Shown: positions 13,901 through 28,066, numbered from the stretch's first letter. The stretch is DNA of 64,000 nt from Phoronis australis (GCA_002633005.1 NMRA01000019.1:1506714-1570713), one strand, 5' to 3'. The notes: a model not told the origin generated them from the letters alone. Numbers and translations: made by a program.

Positions 13901-16900
13901 CACAAGAGCCATACCTGTATGACTACGTGATTGGGGAATTGCACTCATGTGTGGTACACTGAACCCCCAATGAATAGTCTTGTACAAGTCCAGGTTAATA
14001 GAACAGCGTTTTGCCAGTTATTTGGGTTGCAATACTTCAACTAACTGAATACATTGATGTCAAATGATGACTTTTTGGGTAAATTAAAACAACAACATTC
14101 ATAATAATGATCATGGCAATGATATCAATAACACTCCCCGCTTCAAATAATAATCGCGTGCGGCTAAATTGACCAACCCCTGGTCTTAAAATGAACCACT
14201 ACTGTCGTTCCTCTCGTAGAGAGATTTTTTCTAAAATGGTATGTTGTGGTAACATAAATAGGCGAAGAAAAACAACAAACAAATTACAGTAACAGCGAAC
14301 TTCACTGGGACGACAAAATGGGTCCTGCGTTAACACAAATTCCAACGGAAGAAACGGCGATATTCTAGTTTTAAATTTGAAGATCACGTGTTTTCAGTTT
14401 CCATGACCATCCAGTTGACTCCAACTTAGAAATTCGGTCAAGCAGATCCTCTTTTAGCACACATGCCATTGCCCATTTTTGGTTTAACTCAAACTCCTGA
14501 GCCTGGACAATTTAGTTTACCTGAATGAAACTATTGTCAATAATTGCGACCTTGATAAAATCTGTTCCTAAGAATACGTTACTACTTGAATTAGGAATTA
14601 CGTGTTTATTAAGTTTCCCATCTAAGTAATCTCAGCAGTTAAGACTTCCTTCTTTCCTTTGGAATTTTAGCGTAGATCTTCATAAAATGCAATTTCTTCA
14701 TTACTTTTCACCTTGCTTAAAATTACCTGCCATAATCTTGACTCGCTCTTTGGTTTTAAAGAAAACATTGTCTTTAAACCGACCAATCAGACTTGCTGCT
14801 ACAAAGTGACGTGTAGAGAGTGTGTTATACCCCAATTCCACCTACGTGTATCAAGCGCCAGTTAGGCATACGTAAATATAAGTATGCAAGCTAGACGACT
14901 AACGCGCGTAGAACCATGCGCATACATGCACGTGTAAAGTCGCACCTATATCAGAAATACCTGTTTAAAATGAAGGTGCAAATCTTAAAGAAAATTGCCC
15001 AAACTAGATAAGAGAAAAACAAAAACACAAATTCCTAAACGTCAGTGCTAATTTAAATATTTTTGATTGGAATCTGCGTTATTTCAGAAATTGGAGATTT
15101 GGAGCGCGTTCCCAGAAATTCGTGTCAGTTCACTTTTAACTTAAGACTTGACTTTCAAATTTTGAAACTTCCTCATTCGGTAAGATAGTCAAAATTAAGG
15201 TGAAATTAACTCAAAAATCTAAGTCAAACTTAAAAGCTCTTTCTTGAAATGGACTTGAGACAAATTTATCTTAAAGTTGACTGAAATTTAAGATTGGTCC
15301 ATGCTAAGTCAGTTTTCTCCGAACGGGCCCTTGGCATAAATATCCTTAAATCCGGTAGGCAGAGCCAAGCATCAGATCCGCACAAATCAAATCGCCGTTG
15401 AGGAAGTTTGATATGTGGACAGAATTTAGAATAACATTGATGCAAAATGCGTAATCGTACGTTCAGCTGAGTGTTAGTGTAAATTGTAATTGGCACTATT
15501 TTACATCATGTGGGGTCAGCTATTACATGTAGTGCCCTACTTGTCCTCCAACAGCTGTGATCCCCGTTCCTAGTTCGGATTAACCACTCGCTAAACTGCC
15601 TTTGACGGCAACTCAGTGTTTTGTGTGGAACGAGCAGTAGTTCTTCTCATGGCCTTAATGACGAAAAATGAGGAACAGAATTGCATGATAGGCCTAAAGC
15701 AACTACCTGCCATTTTACATAACCTTCGTGAACCCGTATAGGCTTTGAACCCAAATCATTTATGTCAGAAAAGTTGGTTCAGTTTAATTCCTCACTCATC
15801 TTTCTGAGTGTTCGACTTTCAAGATGGTATTCAGGCCTAATTTACAGTATATTGTCTAGAAGCAGTACACACGTTCATAGACATTCACTGGCAATTCGCC
15901 AGGCGAATTTTGGGCACCATTCTCCAAGCACTGTTCTTTATTTTCACTTCAATAACTCCTTTTTTCTAACACCGCGTCACACGATCAACCCGTGACTCTC
16001 CACGCGTTTGCCATCCCTGTCGTGTGATTGCTTTTTGTGATGGTACCAGTTGAGGAAGTGTTTCCAACCTGCACACAGATGCAGGCATATTTTTTTGTTT
16101 ACATTATGATAACGCTGTCAGAAAAAGGCAGAAAAACTATTCAAGAATGAGAAAGTATTTAACTCGTTTTTCATCAGATTGTCATGTCAGGATTTTGTCG
16201 ATACATGTTGTTTGCGCATTTTCACGCATGCCCCAGTCACGGTGTTGTCATGTTCATGTAAAAAACGTTGGTACTGCACGATTATGCAGCGAGGATTGGT
16301 ATAAAGTGATAAATACCGTTAGGCGTAACAGTCAATTGCTTGGACGTATCCGTGCTCAAGCATCGCATATTCAAACTTCAAGTAAGTTGCCTTTCTTCAA
16401 CTATTATAGTAATACTAGGCTGTAATTTGAATTAAGATGTTATCTAAAATTCGAGTGTTTCCAAGAACTTCTTACGGTACACTGATGCCTCTACGATGTG
16501 TTAGTTAGACTTGCACGTTTAGATTGGTAGAGTTTTTTTGAGTTTGACGATGTTAAGCCCTTGGTTCAGGATAATTTCAATGCTAATCTAGTATTGAGTT
16601 TCCGTTCTTTTTAGACACTGGATATCACTATTGAGAAGAGAAAGACTAAAATTCTCATTGTGTATAAGTGTTTTTCTGTCTCGCACATGCTTTTTTCAAA
16701 GTACGCTAATACTTCGGCGGGTAATATCACTTTAATCAAGCCCTTACTGAAGGAGCACTCTGCACCTTACTCGTGTCAAACTGTAGTTTTTTTGTTAGCA
16801 AATTTAGCGCCGTGCAGCGTTGACAATGAATTAGAGGGAATACACCGTAATTTTTACGCCGAGAAATTGGTCTTGATATAGGTGTGATCCGTGGTATATG

Positions 16901-19081
16901 AACTAACTGACTAAGCTCATACGTGGTGACATGAAATTACATGAGCATGGTGTGGAAAATTAAAGAACTGAGTCTTCTTTCGGAGACCCAGGTTAATCTC
17001 TAAACTGACCAACGAACAAGATAAGGCAAATTTTATAACCGACAACGGCTCAAATCAAGACTGTTTTGACTGAAAGCGCGGCATTAATACCAGTTTAGTA
17101 GACAAGACGTCGCGTGTCTTTTGCTGGATAAGGGTAGATTGTCCTTTAACTTTGATGAGTTTGTTGTTGAGTTATTGTGATGATTCGGTTTGATTTCGGG
17201 AATTTGGTACTCAAGCGATCTCGGCCCCATGGTGGTCTAAGCAAGCTCATGCCACATCGGGTCTTAATTCATCTTTAGCGATAGGTTTACGAAGTCAGGT
17301 CGACAACCACCCTGAACATTCTGGGATGTGTTGAAATTGGCCAAGTGCATGGACAGCGTTGCTGTCGTCGATCACTCCTAATCATACGAATTGTAAAAAC
17401 ACAGTTGTACTTGAACTGATACTGCATAGAAACTTGCATGAATCTGGGAACTGGTCGTTTACGGCAGAAGCGAACGTTGCTTCACTGTCGCAGCGTCAGT
17501 TGTTTTACAGTAGACCACTGCAACATGGTGACGGCAGCACAAGCTTTTGCTGGTGATCAAGTGGTAAACTTTGTGATACTACACAGATCTCGAACCTCAT
17601 ATCGTGCAGATTTTAGTTCAAGAGTATCGAATAATAGCCAATGACGCAACGTTCTCTGTCAGACACAGCGTGCATGTAGTATTTGTTAATTATTGAGAAC
17701 AAAATTCAAAGCACATAGGTTTGAATTACAGTTTACGAAAACCGTTCGAGGTTTTTAGCTGAGCGACCGTACTTTAGAGGCAACGTGGACATTCACTGTA
17801 TTCGTGGAATAACCGTTCTACAGTGTTACCAAAACCGATGACAAGTCAAATCAGTAGCACATACCGTTATGATATGGTGTTGTAATTATTGCAGAGTTTT
17901 AGTTGCGCATAACGACGGGGGTCTTGGGTTCTCGAATCGAGTGTATTATCGCCCTTTGTGCTTGTGAACGGAAATGGTGATGGTCTATCCCTGGCTGTAG
18001 AGTTCTCCCCGGCTCTCCCAAGGGGATCGCATATCTAATAACAACTATTTTATGAGCTAATCTAAGAACAGAATAATTATCATGTTTTCGCGACAAATCC
18101 GTGTACTTTTCCCTTGCCGAGAGGTTTTACGTTAAAGGTATATTGAATGTTGCTTCATCTAATATTTCTACTATACCTTGGGGCATGCGTTCTCACACAA
18201 AAGCCGGTTTCATTTCATGAACTATGATTAACCAGAGCCGAAAGAAAAGAACATATATACTAAGCAAGCAACAAGCAAGAGTGACTATGACTCTGTTTAG
18301 ACCATGATCTAGTAGAGAATCAAATCAGTTGATCTACATAGCAAAACAGAGTAAATTATTTATACACCATTTGAAATGTTTGTTATCATTGCTTCAGTAA
18401 ATTCAAAGTTTGCAATTTTTTTTTGATTATTTATGAAGGACACATACGGATGAAAGAAAACTTGAATCTACCGAAGCCCTCCATGGTGCAACTACACTAT
18501 CCTTAGTCGGCATCAGGGTCGGACCATAGTGGTTAGACTCGTAAATCGTATGTATTTACAGACACGCTCCACGAGATTGTTAACCCATGGCGGAACACAA
18601 TTTTGCCCAACATTGCAAATTAGAATCTTACCTGTGGTATTTGCAAGACTTAAATTAAAGAATACATAGTAACAGTTTGTAACCAAAACAGAAAAAGTCG
18701 CTTAATGAAAGAAGTCGGGAGTGTATACAAAACTGTAAACACACTTTCCTCAAAAATGCCTTGCTCTCGACGCCATTTTTTCGCTGTCTGTATATAATTT
18801 CATATCGTGATTTGTTAAAAGATTTCAAGAGTAAACCTAATTACCTAGTTTGTACTTGAAAACCATTGGCTGATTTAGAAACGGGACTGGCCTTCGAGAC
18901 CTTAATTTAACGGAAGCGGAAACAGATATAGTAATTGCAGGCGGTCTGATACACGTTGTATCAGACGTGCGCAGGCCTCGCATGTGGGCCCATTACGCTG
19001 ATCACCTGGAAATATTTTTTATGCTTTATTGATATATGGTTAAAACCGAGCTGAGGAGCTAGAAACCTGGCTCAAGGGTTT

Positions 19082-19295
19082 AGCAGTGTGACCTGGTGGG
19101 ACTTGAACCCACGACCTCGAGTAAAGAAAGCGGGTACTTATCAACCAGTAGACGCTAGGACCTACGCTAGGACCTAGCTAAAACCTAGTCACGTGTTCTC
19201 ATTTAAATTACACGGCAATATCTCACGTAATCTCTCGAAGTCTTGCTTTTTAGCGAGGTCCTAGCGTTACTGAACGGGAGGCAGGCCACACTGCC
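19082..19295 (-). mobile_element. tRNA-derived SINE head disrupted by a ~137-bp MITE (19146-19282)
   Basis: Minus strand reads GGCAGTGTGGCCT[insert]GTTGATAAG...GGTTCAAGTCCCACCAGGTCAC: a split A box and an intact B box (19099-19109). The insert has TIR cagtagacgctaggacct / aggtcctagcgttactg. Confidence 0.7.
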
Positions 19296-21097
19296 TCCTC
19301 AAGCGGAAACAGAAGTAAAAGTCTCCATTTTGAAGGTGGTTCTTTTATCGAAACTGTTTTTTTAAACTATTGTGAAAGTCGCAAATTCCCTGGTTCGTCA
19401 AATTTATTTGACAGCTGCCGTTTGAAATAAAATAGCAGGCAAAGCTTTTGAATAACAGTGGTTTGCGACTGATCATGGTTGACCAAGCGCGTTGACTTGG
19501 AATTATGAAACCAGCGTTCGAACATATTATGTTTCTGCCGAAATCTCCCTGCGGCGAGTGCCGAATTCTTTTGAGTTGTGATATCTCAACAAATGTAATC
19601 GTGAAACAAGGCAAGTTGACGTTGCTTGCTTTCCATGGCTATACTATGGTCTCGATGGAGCTCATAGCGCTATTTGTGTCTCAGCTTAATAAACGGCTCC
19701 AGAACTGTTTTACTTTACTTTGAACTCAGACATGTTTCATACCAAGGAGTAACAGCCATTATAATTTTAACTTTGGGAGTTGTTAACAACTCTTAGTCGC
19801 ACTGTGTAATTGGATTTCCTTTGCTGTCTTTATTTTTGGAATCTTTTGTGATCATGGAACAACGAAGCAACTTGACAATCATCAGCTCTGAGCCCACGAG
19901 GTGTTATCTAAAGATGAAAATCAATGTTCCGTCGCCCACTTGAGGAGATAGGGTCATTATATGCAAGCTATTTAGAACACATACTATCGTTTAGTAGGCG
20001 GTTCCGTTCGTATTCACACCTCATTTGCATGATGACAAGTGTGAGAAACCACTGTGTTAACGAAAGGAAAATAGCGTAATAGCGCCTGAAGAATCTTTAT
20101 TGCCCATTACTGTAATCGGTTGCGCTTTGGCTTACGGCAGTTGCTGGCGTTCCATAGGCTCGTGGGCGTCTGCGAACGTCAATACAGGCTGCTGAATGAT
20201 TTGCATATGCACACGGCAATAGGACTGGTACTACCCATCAATATAACTTGATAGTGCGTGGGGGTTAAGAATGTGATGTTCGGAGATCCGTCTTCGGTCA
20301 ATTTTAACACCATGTTCAAGGGTAGAAGTAAAAAACTGTGTGGCGGAACATAGTTCATAGAAAAAGTCCCGACAACTCCAAAAAATAATACGAACTTGTT
20401 TAAGTCAAAGATTGCAAATCAATATTGAAGCTGGAAGATGTGGTATATTTCCCACAATTACTTGCCTGGGTGTGCTTTTAAGTAAGGAATCATGTTAAAC
20501 AGAGGAATCGCACACTATGTGTGGTGTGGTGGTCGACTGCTTGCTAAAAGTTTACCCAAATTTGTTAGGTGACGCCGTCATGCAATGTCATATAAAGTAG
20601 ACTTTTGTTTACAGAATGACATACATGTCTTCCATTTTTTCCTCCAACCATAGCAAGTTTTGTTAAAAAAAACATGGCAAACCATAGCACTGACGAAAAC
20701 GAGTTAACTTTGGTCAAGTGTCAAAATTCATTGCATGTACTTACTTACGAGTACCTATTAGGCTCTTACATCTAGTAACTGTGAATGTTGTTATACTCAT
20801 TAGTGAATCCTCCTGGTGAGCAAAACTCGTGATATGAAATTATTTTGACGAATTTTATCGGCAGTAAAAGCCAAAGCGAAGGTTTGAAAACTTTATTATG
20901 AGCATCGACAAAATGTGTATGCGAATTAATCACCTAAAGTACGAAGCATTTAGGCGCCACGCCGCAGCCCTACAGAAACGACAAAAATACGTAATTCCCG
21001 TATTGGTTGACATGTATGCAGTTATTATCAACGGAAGTTATTGTCAGTTTTTTGCAATCTTAGATATATCAACTAAACACAAAAATACGATCCCCCA

Positions 21098-21376
21098 ACT
21101 GGACCCGATATCTGTGCAATTTCTGTTTGCATCCAACTGCTAAGCAATACATCCCATGGGTGGCATTTCACTTTTTTCACACGAGATTTGGACAATTATA
21201 TAATCAGCAATATACCAATTTAACTTATGTTTACTATATCTAATTAGCACATTCTGTTAAATTGCAGATTATATAATTTTCCGAATCTCGTGTGAAAAAG
21301 GCGAAATGTCGCTTACGGGATGGATGACACAACAGTTGGCTGCAAACAGAAATTGCAAAGATATCGGGGCCTCAGT
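21098..21376. mobile_element. Foldback MITE (~110-bp imperfect inverted arms)
   Basis: ccgatatctgtgcaatttctgtttgcatccaactg vs cagttggctgcaaacagaaattgcaaagatatcgg; tttttcacacgagatt vs aatctcgtgtgaaaaa. Confidence 0.8.
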
Positions 21377-22755
21377 AACTCAGTGGTAAGACCACTACAC
21401 CGGCTATCTCGAGACCTGTGGTTCCTGATTTTTCTGTGTTTACTTTTATATGTTTCACTATTGGCCAACATCAGCGTCTATTTTTACTTTTCCTGTGTTA
21501 GATGCAGATTCAATGCTGCGTTACGCAGACGTAAGGATCTCGCGAAAACGCAAGATTTGGCAAGTCTTCGCGAAATATTATCATGCATTACTAGCAAACT
21601 ATGTGACCGCATTAGCTTTTCTCGCACGTCATTGTCTTGGGTCTAGGGAGCTCTGCCACAGGTTCGACGAATTTCATGCCACCTTGTGGACGCATTTGTT
21701 ATTTTTGCGTCCGCTTTCTGACATTCCGTTCAAGGGATCAATGTTGTGTTTCTGATGAGAAGGTCATGACAGACGTTGACTTCTGGACGGTCCGACTACT
21801 GTGTCACCCCCTAGTGATGATTTCGTTTTTTTGTGTCTGAGGCCATAGCTCTGAACGTATCTCACTTCTTAGCAAAAAGCTCCACATTCTCAAAAATAAG
21901 AGCCCCTCATCTAGGCTGTGTGCGCGCATGCGAACTGAACACGATTTTTCCTCCCATTGCTCTGGTTTCAATCCATCTTGCCTAGTGGTGGAAAGCCCTC
22001 GGGTGGACCTTCACCTCTACTCTTTTTAAGAATATTGGCTACCTAGAAGCATTGATGAGAATGTTCAGTGAATGTCCAGGGCATTTTATTCGTTGCTACC
22101 AACTGTACATCAAGAAAACGTTTATTGTTTTTGTATCATTACTTTTCGTTCAAAACTGTAACATCTGCTTAATATTCGTACCAAGTTCATAAACGAAAAT
22201 TCTATCAGTACTGATTTTAGGCGCTTGAATAACATTAGTTGCAGTTTTGAATAGCGACTCAATTTCAAAACAGATGGCGCTGCAAAAGTGCGTGGGGCAA
22301 AATTTCCGTATGGCACGACGCATCCAGAAGTTTTGAAAATTCTCAGCGTAGTGGTGCAGTCTGGACCACAAGGATTGGATATGAACTTTGGGCGTTACAT
22401 TGACTGCCTTTGATAGGGCATTCTGTATTTGCGTAGGATGTTAATACCAGTCGCGAGGTAACAATGATGATTGAGACATAAAATCGAAAGCAAAAGAGGT
22501 GAGACCAAGTAAAGGACAATCTGAGGCAGTGCAATGGCAAGCTTGTGAAAATAGCTGGCGCTAGCTTCGCCAAACGCTATTTTCATGAGTTTACATATGT
22601 CTTTCTGATAATTAGTAACGCTTGTATGGAGCAACAATATCCCTGCGGATTCCTTTGGAAAGAATTATCCTGTTCAACTGAATTACGGTAGTGGACAAAT
22701 GTTAAATTGGATGGACTTGGAGATTCTGTCGGTTGAACCTATCATCAGTTTTTTC

Positions 22756-23640
22756 CTACCACTGCTGCGATCTGCTAATCCGTGCTCGTATAGAAATTAA
22801 TTCCTCAATTGCCCACACCTGTTGATTTCCATTAAATATGGATGGGCAAAAATCCTGTTGGGCTCCTTGATTTGTCAATATCAAAATAGTTAGACTTTGG
22901 CCCATTGCACTTGGCTCTGAGACTGTCTCAACCTGTGGTACTTTGGTAAAGTACGTGGGTATAGTTCTAAGGACCATTTCTTGCAATGCAAACTGATTAG
23001 CTGTGGACCTACCTACTGTCTGCGCAGGTGTTAAATCACTTGTGAGTTGCAATTCCATCATCACGTGCAGCGGTCTTGTAGAATAGCCGGGTGCCTGCTC
23101 CTTGAGAGGGTGAAAGGAGGTTGCGTCACGGTTGACATATGTAAAATCATCGATTTTAGGGTGCACTACAGCATTTTTCAAATTTCACGATGACGACAGA
23201 TTTCGCTTCTTCACTGATAACCACCAGTTATTCACTGTGTTAGTGTGGACGCGACCAATATTCCAGCTCGACTTCATGACTGATTCCCTGGCAGTGGTCG
23301 CCTCGATCTCAATATTAGTTTACGTTCACGATTTTGAGCTAATTTTACGGATCACTTCTGCCTGAATATACAAATCAATTTTAATGAAAACGTAGGTTTC
23401 ACCGACTGCCGCTAAAATTCCGTTCACACACTCTTTTTGGAGCACTGTGTGTTGAACAAATCCAACGAGTTCTTGTTGAGCACGTCTTACATATTCTTGC
23501 GCAAGTTGTGTGTTAGACAACACTACTTAGTTCTCTGAATGTCCTATCGTGGTGACGATAACAGCGCGACAGCTGAGGTGATACCCCCACCATATCGTGT
23601 GTGACTGAATATACTGTACGTCGTTTATCAAGACAAACAT
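22756..23640 (-). pseudogene. Decayed reading frame of unknown origin (~295 codons, 4 internal stops)
   Basis: Track ORFs 23326-23523 and 22756-23181 share one frame, which extends up to an ATG at 23640. The sequence is non-repetitive; no family recognised. Confidence 0.35.
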
Positions 23641-24159
23641 CTTAAGAGTTATATATACTGTCTACCACTGATTAAGCAAACAAGCACAAGCGCAAAGTTC
23701 TATGGTCGAGTGAACAAACACAAATTGACAACCGTACATGTAGGTCGTGCTGCTCGATTCTCTCTTCAGAAATGATGTATTGTTTCATCCAAGACTTTTC
23801 GAAGAGATATTGTTCAGCTCATTGTCTCTGAACAAACCACTTAATCTTCTTTGGAACACGAAGGTGTCTGAAACATGCCAGTGAAAGCAACGGTTGTCCA
23901 AGCGACACATAGTCCAGCTGGAAATTTTAACGAGTGCATCTTTACAACGTGTATACAATTGCATTCGAGGTCTAAAGCGTCTAGAAGAAAAAAGTTGTAT
24001 ATCCTGCCTCATAATATTGGTAGTAGTTGAGGTATTGTTATAGTAAAATTTGTTATAACCGTTATCACCGTCACAACTGCTCTTGGTCCTGCTTCTATTA
24101 CTGCTGCGCTCGTTGAGTTTGTGAGAAAATTATAACAACAAGAACAAAAGTTGTTGTAG

Positions 24160-24840
24160 CAATCTCAGTAAGTAGCAGTAGAAAGAAATATCAGCATGTA
24201 TAGCAACATTCACAACAGTAGCAGCAGATCTAGTAGAAGTAGTAGCAACAGCAGCAGTTTCAGTGGCAGTGGCAGTGGTAGTAGAAGTAGTAGTAGTAGT
24301 GGTAGTGGTCGTGGCAGTAGTAGCAGTAGTAGCAGTAGCAGTAGCAGTACCAGTACCAGTAGAAGTACCGGTATCAGTAGCAGTACCAGTAGTAGTAGTA
24401 GACACAGTAGTAGTAGTAAGAGTAGTATTAGTAGTAGTAGTAATATAGTTGCAGTAGCAGCAGCAGTAGCATTAGTAAGTGTAGTAGTAGTAATAGTAGT
24501 AGTAGTTATAGAAGAAGTGGTAGTGGTAGGAGCAGCAGTAGCATTAGTAAGTGTAGTAGTAGTAATAGTAGTAGTTATAGTAGAAGTGGGAGTGGTAGGA
24601 GCAGCAGTAGCATTAGTAAGTGTAGTAGTAGTAATAGTAGTAGTCATAGTGGAAGTGGGAGTGGTAGGAGCAGCAGTAGCATTAGTAAGTGTAGTAGTAG
24701 TAATAGTAGTAGTTATAGTAGAAGTGGGAGTGGTAGGAGCAGCAGCAGCAGAAGTAATAGCACTATCAGTAGCAAAAGAAGTAGTAGTACTAGTAACACC
24801 AGCGACAGCAATGGTATTAGCAGTTGTACTAACATTAGTT
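24160..24840. repeat. (GTA/GCA)n low-complexity tract with four 69-72-bp higher-order repeats
   Basis: gcattagtaagtgtagtagtagtaatagtagt starts at 24469, 24541, 24610 and 24679. Confidence 0.9.
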
Positions 24841-26069
24841 GACGAGGAGGTTGAACCTACAGTTAGAAAACAGGGAGGGATTGCTGGAGACAGTGGAAAG
24901 CACTGATACCGATTCGAGGGGAATGATGCTCTTCCGGTGTATCTGTAAAACTACAAAATACCATGATCGTTAATCAAAAAATTGAGGACTGAATTACGTG
25001 AAGTGTGATGCAACTTTCCGTCATCCTTGGCTTTGAAATTAAAAATGGGTTAAAAAGCTGAAATAAACATCAAGTACCAGCATTTGATAATTTAAAAAGC
25101 TCCATATATTTCTAAATCCAGTGTAATGTGGTGTTTTTGCCTCTACACTTCAAGACAGCACCATTATTAACATAAACATGAATAAGATCTAACAGTGGCA
25201 TGAACCAGACAAGCGTACGGAGAGTCCTACTCAACAAACAAATGATAATCTTTCATTTTATTACACTCGTGACTGAAGTTTTCTACACAACTTCATGTTT
25301 TACTGTGCCACATCTTCTAGTTTCAAATTTGTATTCTACTTACGGTACATACAAAACCTTTTTTTCAAAAATGGCTGCGATTGTCATATTTTATTTTCAT
25401 TCTCGTCCATGCTTTTACTGTCATTTACGAGAGGACATTGGATGATGTTTTACACATTTTATTTAACATGTTGAAAATTGATATCCCAGAATAAGCTGAC
25501 GTGGTAATTTTGTACTGAAAGGGCAAATTGGGGTGTCTTGATTTAAAGAAAAGGGAACGTCTCTTTTAGTGTAACGTTTTAATTTTATATGAGTCGCAAA
25601 GCGTCACTGTAACTTAAATGCTGACGTTTTAATTATTATTATTGATATGTTAGCCACAACAAATAGCTTAATAGTAGAAATTCAATCTGTACGTCCGTCA
25701 CGTACGTCCGTCACATTCACTCAAATTACATTTTTAAATGATATCATCAGAATTGATGTGTTGTATTTCATAAGCATCCCACTAAGTCACCAAATAAATC
25801 AAGAAATTGTAAATTTCCACAACTCAGAGAATTAAAGTTAAAACAAGATTTTTCGATTATTTAAATTCACTGCGTACGTCCGTGGCAACACTATAAAGGC
25901 AATATTCCAGTTCAAACAATTTGAAAAGGCACAAATTTTGACAAATTTAATGAACCATACCAATGAAGCCTAGCAATTGACGTATTTATTATTTTCCAGG
26001 TTGAATTATATTTTCACTGTTAACCAAAACGTTTTCTGATAGAACGCCCAGAACAACTTGAATTGCTCA

Positions 26070-26545
26070 CTAGTAGTAGTAGTGGTAGTGGTAGTGGTGG
26101 TGGTGGTGGTGGTGGTGGTGGTGNTAGTATCACCAGCAGCAGCAGCATTTGTAGGAGTAGTAATTGTAGTCCTCGCAGCAGAAGAAGTAGTGGCAATAGT
26201 AGTAGCAACAGCAATAGTAGAAGTAGTCGCAACAGCAATAGTAGAAGTAGTCGCAACAGCAATAGTAGAAGTAGTCGCAACAGCAATAGTAGAAGTAGTC
26301 GCAGTAGTAGTTGTAGCGATAGTTGCAGCAGTAGTAGTAGCTCTAGTCGCTGCAACACTAGTAGTAGTAATAGTCGCAGTAGTGGTAGTAGTACCAGTAG
26401 TAGTCGCAGCGGCATTATCAATAGTAGTAGTAGCAGTAGTGGCAGCAATAGTATTATGAGTAGCCGCAGGAACAGCAGCAGTAATTGAAGCAGTTGTTGC
26501 TGCATTAGTAGCAGCTACATGTAAACTAGCGGTAGCAGTAGGATA
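26070..26545. repeat. (GTA/GTG/GCA)n low-complexity tract with 24-bp tandem units
   Basis: gcaacagcaatagtagaagtagtc x4 from 26205; one N at 26124. Confidence 0.9.
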
Positions 26546-26696
26546 CACGTAGTGTCCACTGACGAATGCAAAAGGCGACAACGAACATTGTAATAACGTG
26601 CTTTCAGGTTTTTATCTTTCTGGTCTAATTTCCCTAAGCCCTAATAATAAAAAATGTTTTTCCTTTTCAGGTAGAACACAAATATCTGCCCCAGAT

Positions 26697-26732
26697 ATGG
26701 ACATAGATTTTATTCTCAAGTTTTACAGAAGT
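26697..26732 (+). CDS. Neurotrophin/spaetzle-like gene, first coding exon (MDIDFILKFYRS); the exon starts at 26671 with 5' UTR
   Basis: Acceptor ttttccttttcAG (26670), ATG 26697, donor AGT|GTgagt (26733). Phase 0 matches the next exon and completes a signal peptide. Confidence 0.7.
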
Positions 26733-28066
26733 GTGAGTATCACTGCTCTTCCTGAGTTTACTGCAGCACACGTATAAATATTACGGGCCAATATAATCGT
26801 TGATCACGCAAAGTAACCAACACACCTAGATTGCACTGCGTTTGTGGAAATAACATCTGTGTATTCATAATAACCACCCAACTATGAACGGTCGTCAGTT
26901 TATTAGTCAGCCGGCTCTAGTAAATGACATTTTGATGTCAAAGTAGTGTCAGAAACAAACACAACATTCCAGTCCTCTAAAACTTTCACCTGTTACCCTG
27001 TGGGGGCTGTCAAATTCAAAATTGAGAATTAACAATCTTTTCAACGTTTTAAGTTGGTATTTTTTCTTGAATATGCCACGTGATAATGAGGTGGTTAAAT
27101 AGGCCATGTCAGGTACTCAGGTCTATAAAGCGTTTCCCACTGCCTCCAAAGCTTCGGCGTGGCAGAAGCCTCGGTCATTGGGAACACTTAACTTCGGTTA
27201 ATCGAAGTTAACAGCGCTAATCAATTACAAAGGTAAGGAGGTGTATTTTATCAGCCAAGCGTCGACGCTTCTTTACATTGAGTAAAATGAGATGCAAGGA
27301 ATGTCAAAAACAGCAATGTCATATGACCTTGCGAACTATATCTCCGAAGTTGGTGTGAGCACTTACGCTTAACATCGCTGTTAACCACAGCTCGAAGTTT
27401 AGGAAGTAGCGATGTTTATTGTAAGGTAAAGGGCCTTTTAAGTAAACAACATTCTCATTGGCTGATTTGGTTCACACAAGCCAATGAAAAGCTAGGCCCC
27501 ACACAAAAACAACTTCCCGTGGCTGTTTCCAGGAAACCCACCTATGAGTGATGTGTTTGTTTAAATTGGACACTCAAATAATGTTGCACATGCCTGAGCC
27601 TTGCCATTGTTCATCTTGGCAGTATACTATATACAGTGTAGAACGGTATCCATGGTGATTTGAAATTCAGTATGCGGAGAGTGTTCGTTGAAGCTCTCTT
27701 AGATAGCCACATTCCATTAACAATTATTCGTTGCGATTAGCATTGGTAATTGCAGGAAACACGTGTTTTCTGATTTCACTGCATTCACAAGTTGTTTGAA
27801 CTAAAGTATGTTTCTGGGAACACTGGACAAGGAATATAAACCTAGAAACTTGTACCCGCAAACATTTCCTGGGATATGAGCACTCGTTATTTTCCGGCTA
27901 GTGTTTTCTGACAGTCAGTCATGATCGGATTCAGAACTATCATGAGTAATTACGTATTGACCCACAAAAACTATTTTTTGAAAATGTTGATTTGAGCAAT
28001 AAAGCAAACACGAACGTTACAAAGGTTACAATAGGAGCAGTTGTGATTCCTGAGGAACTTTAAAAT

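Noticed and set aside
19082-19145. Functional tRNA gene
   Set aside because: Only the B box/T arm is intact; the A box is split by an insertion and no acceptor stem or cloverleaf forms.
24130-24945. Mucin-like Thr/Ser-rich or poly-Val/Leu ORFs, with a minus-strand acceptor near 24943
   Set aside because: Several frames on both strands are open because of trinucleotide low complexity; no flanking domains or partner exons were found.
26006-26581. 191-aa Thr/Ala-rich ORF and overlapping ORFs
   Set aside because: Simple-repeat translation.
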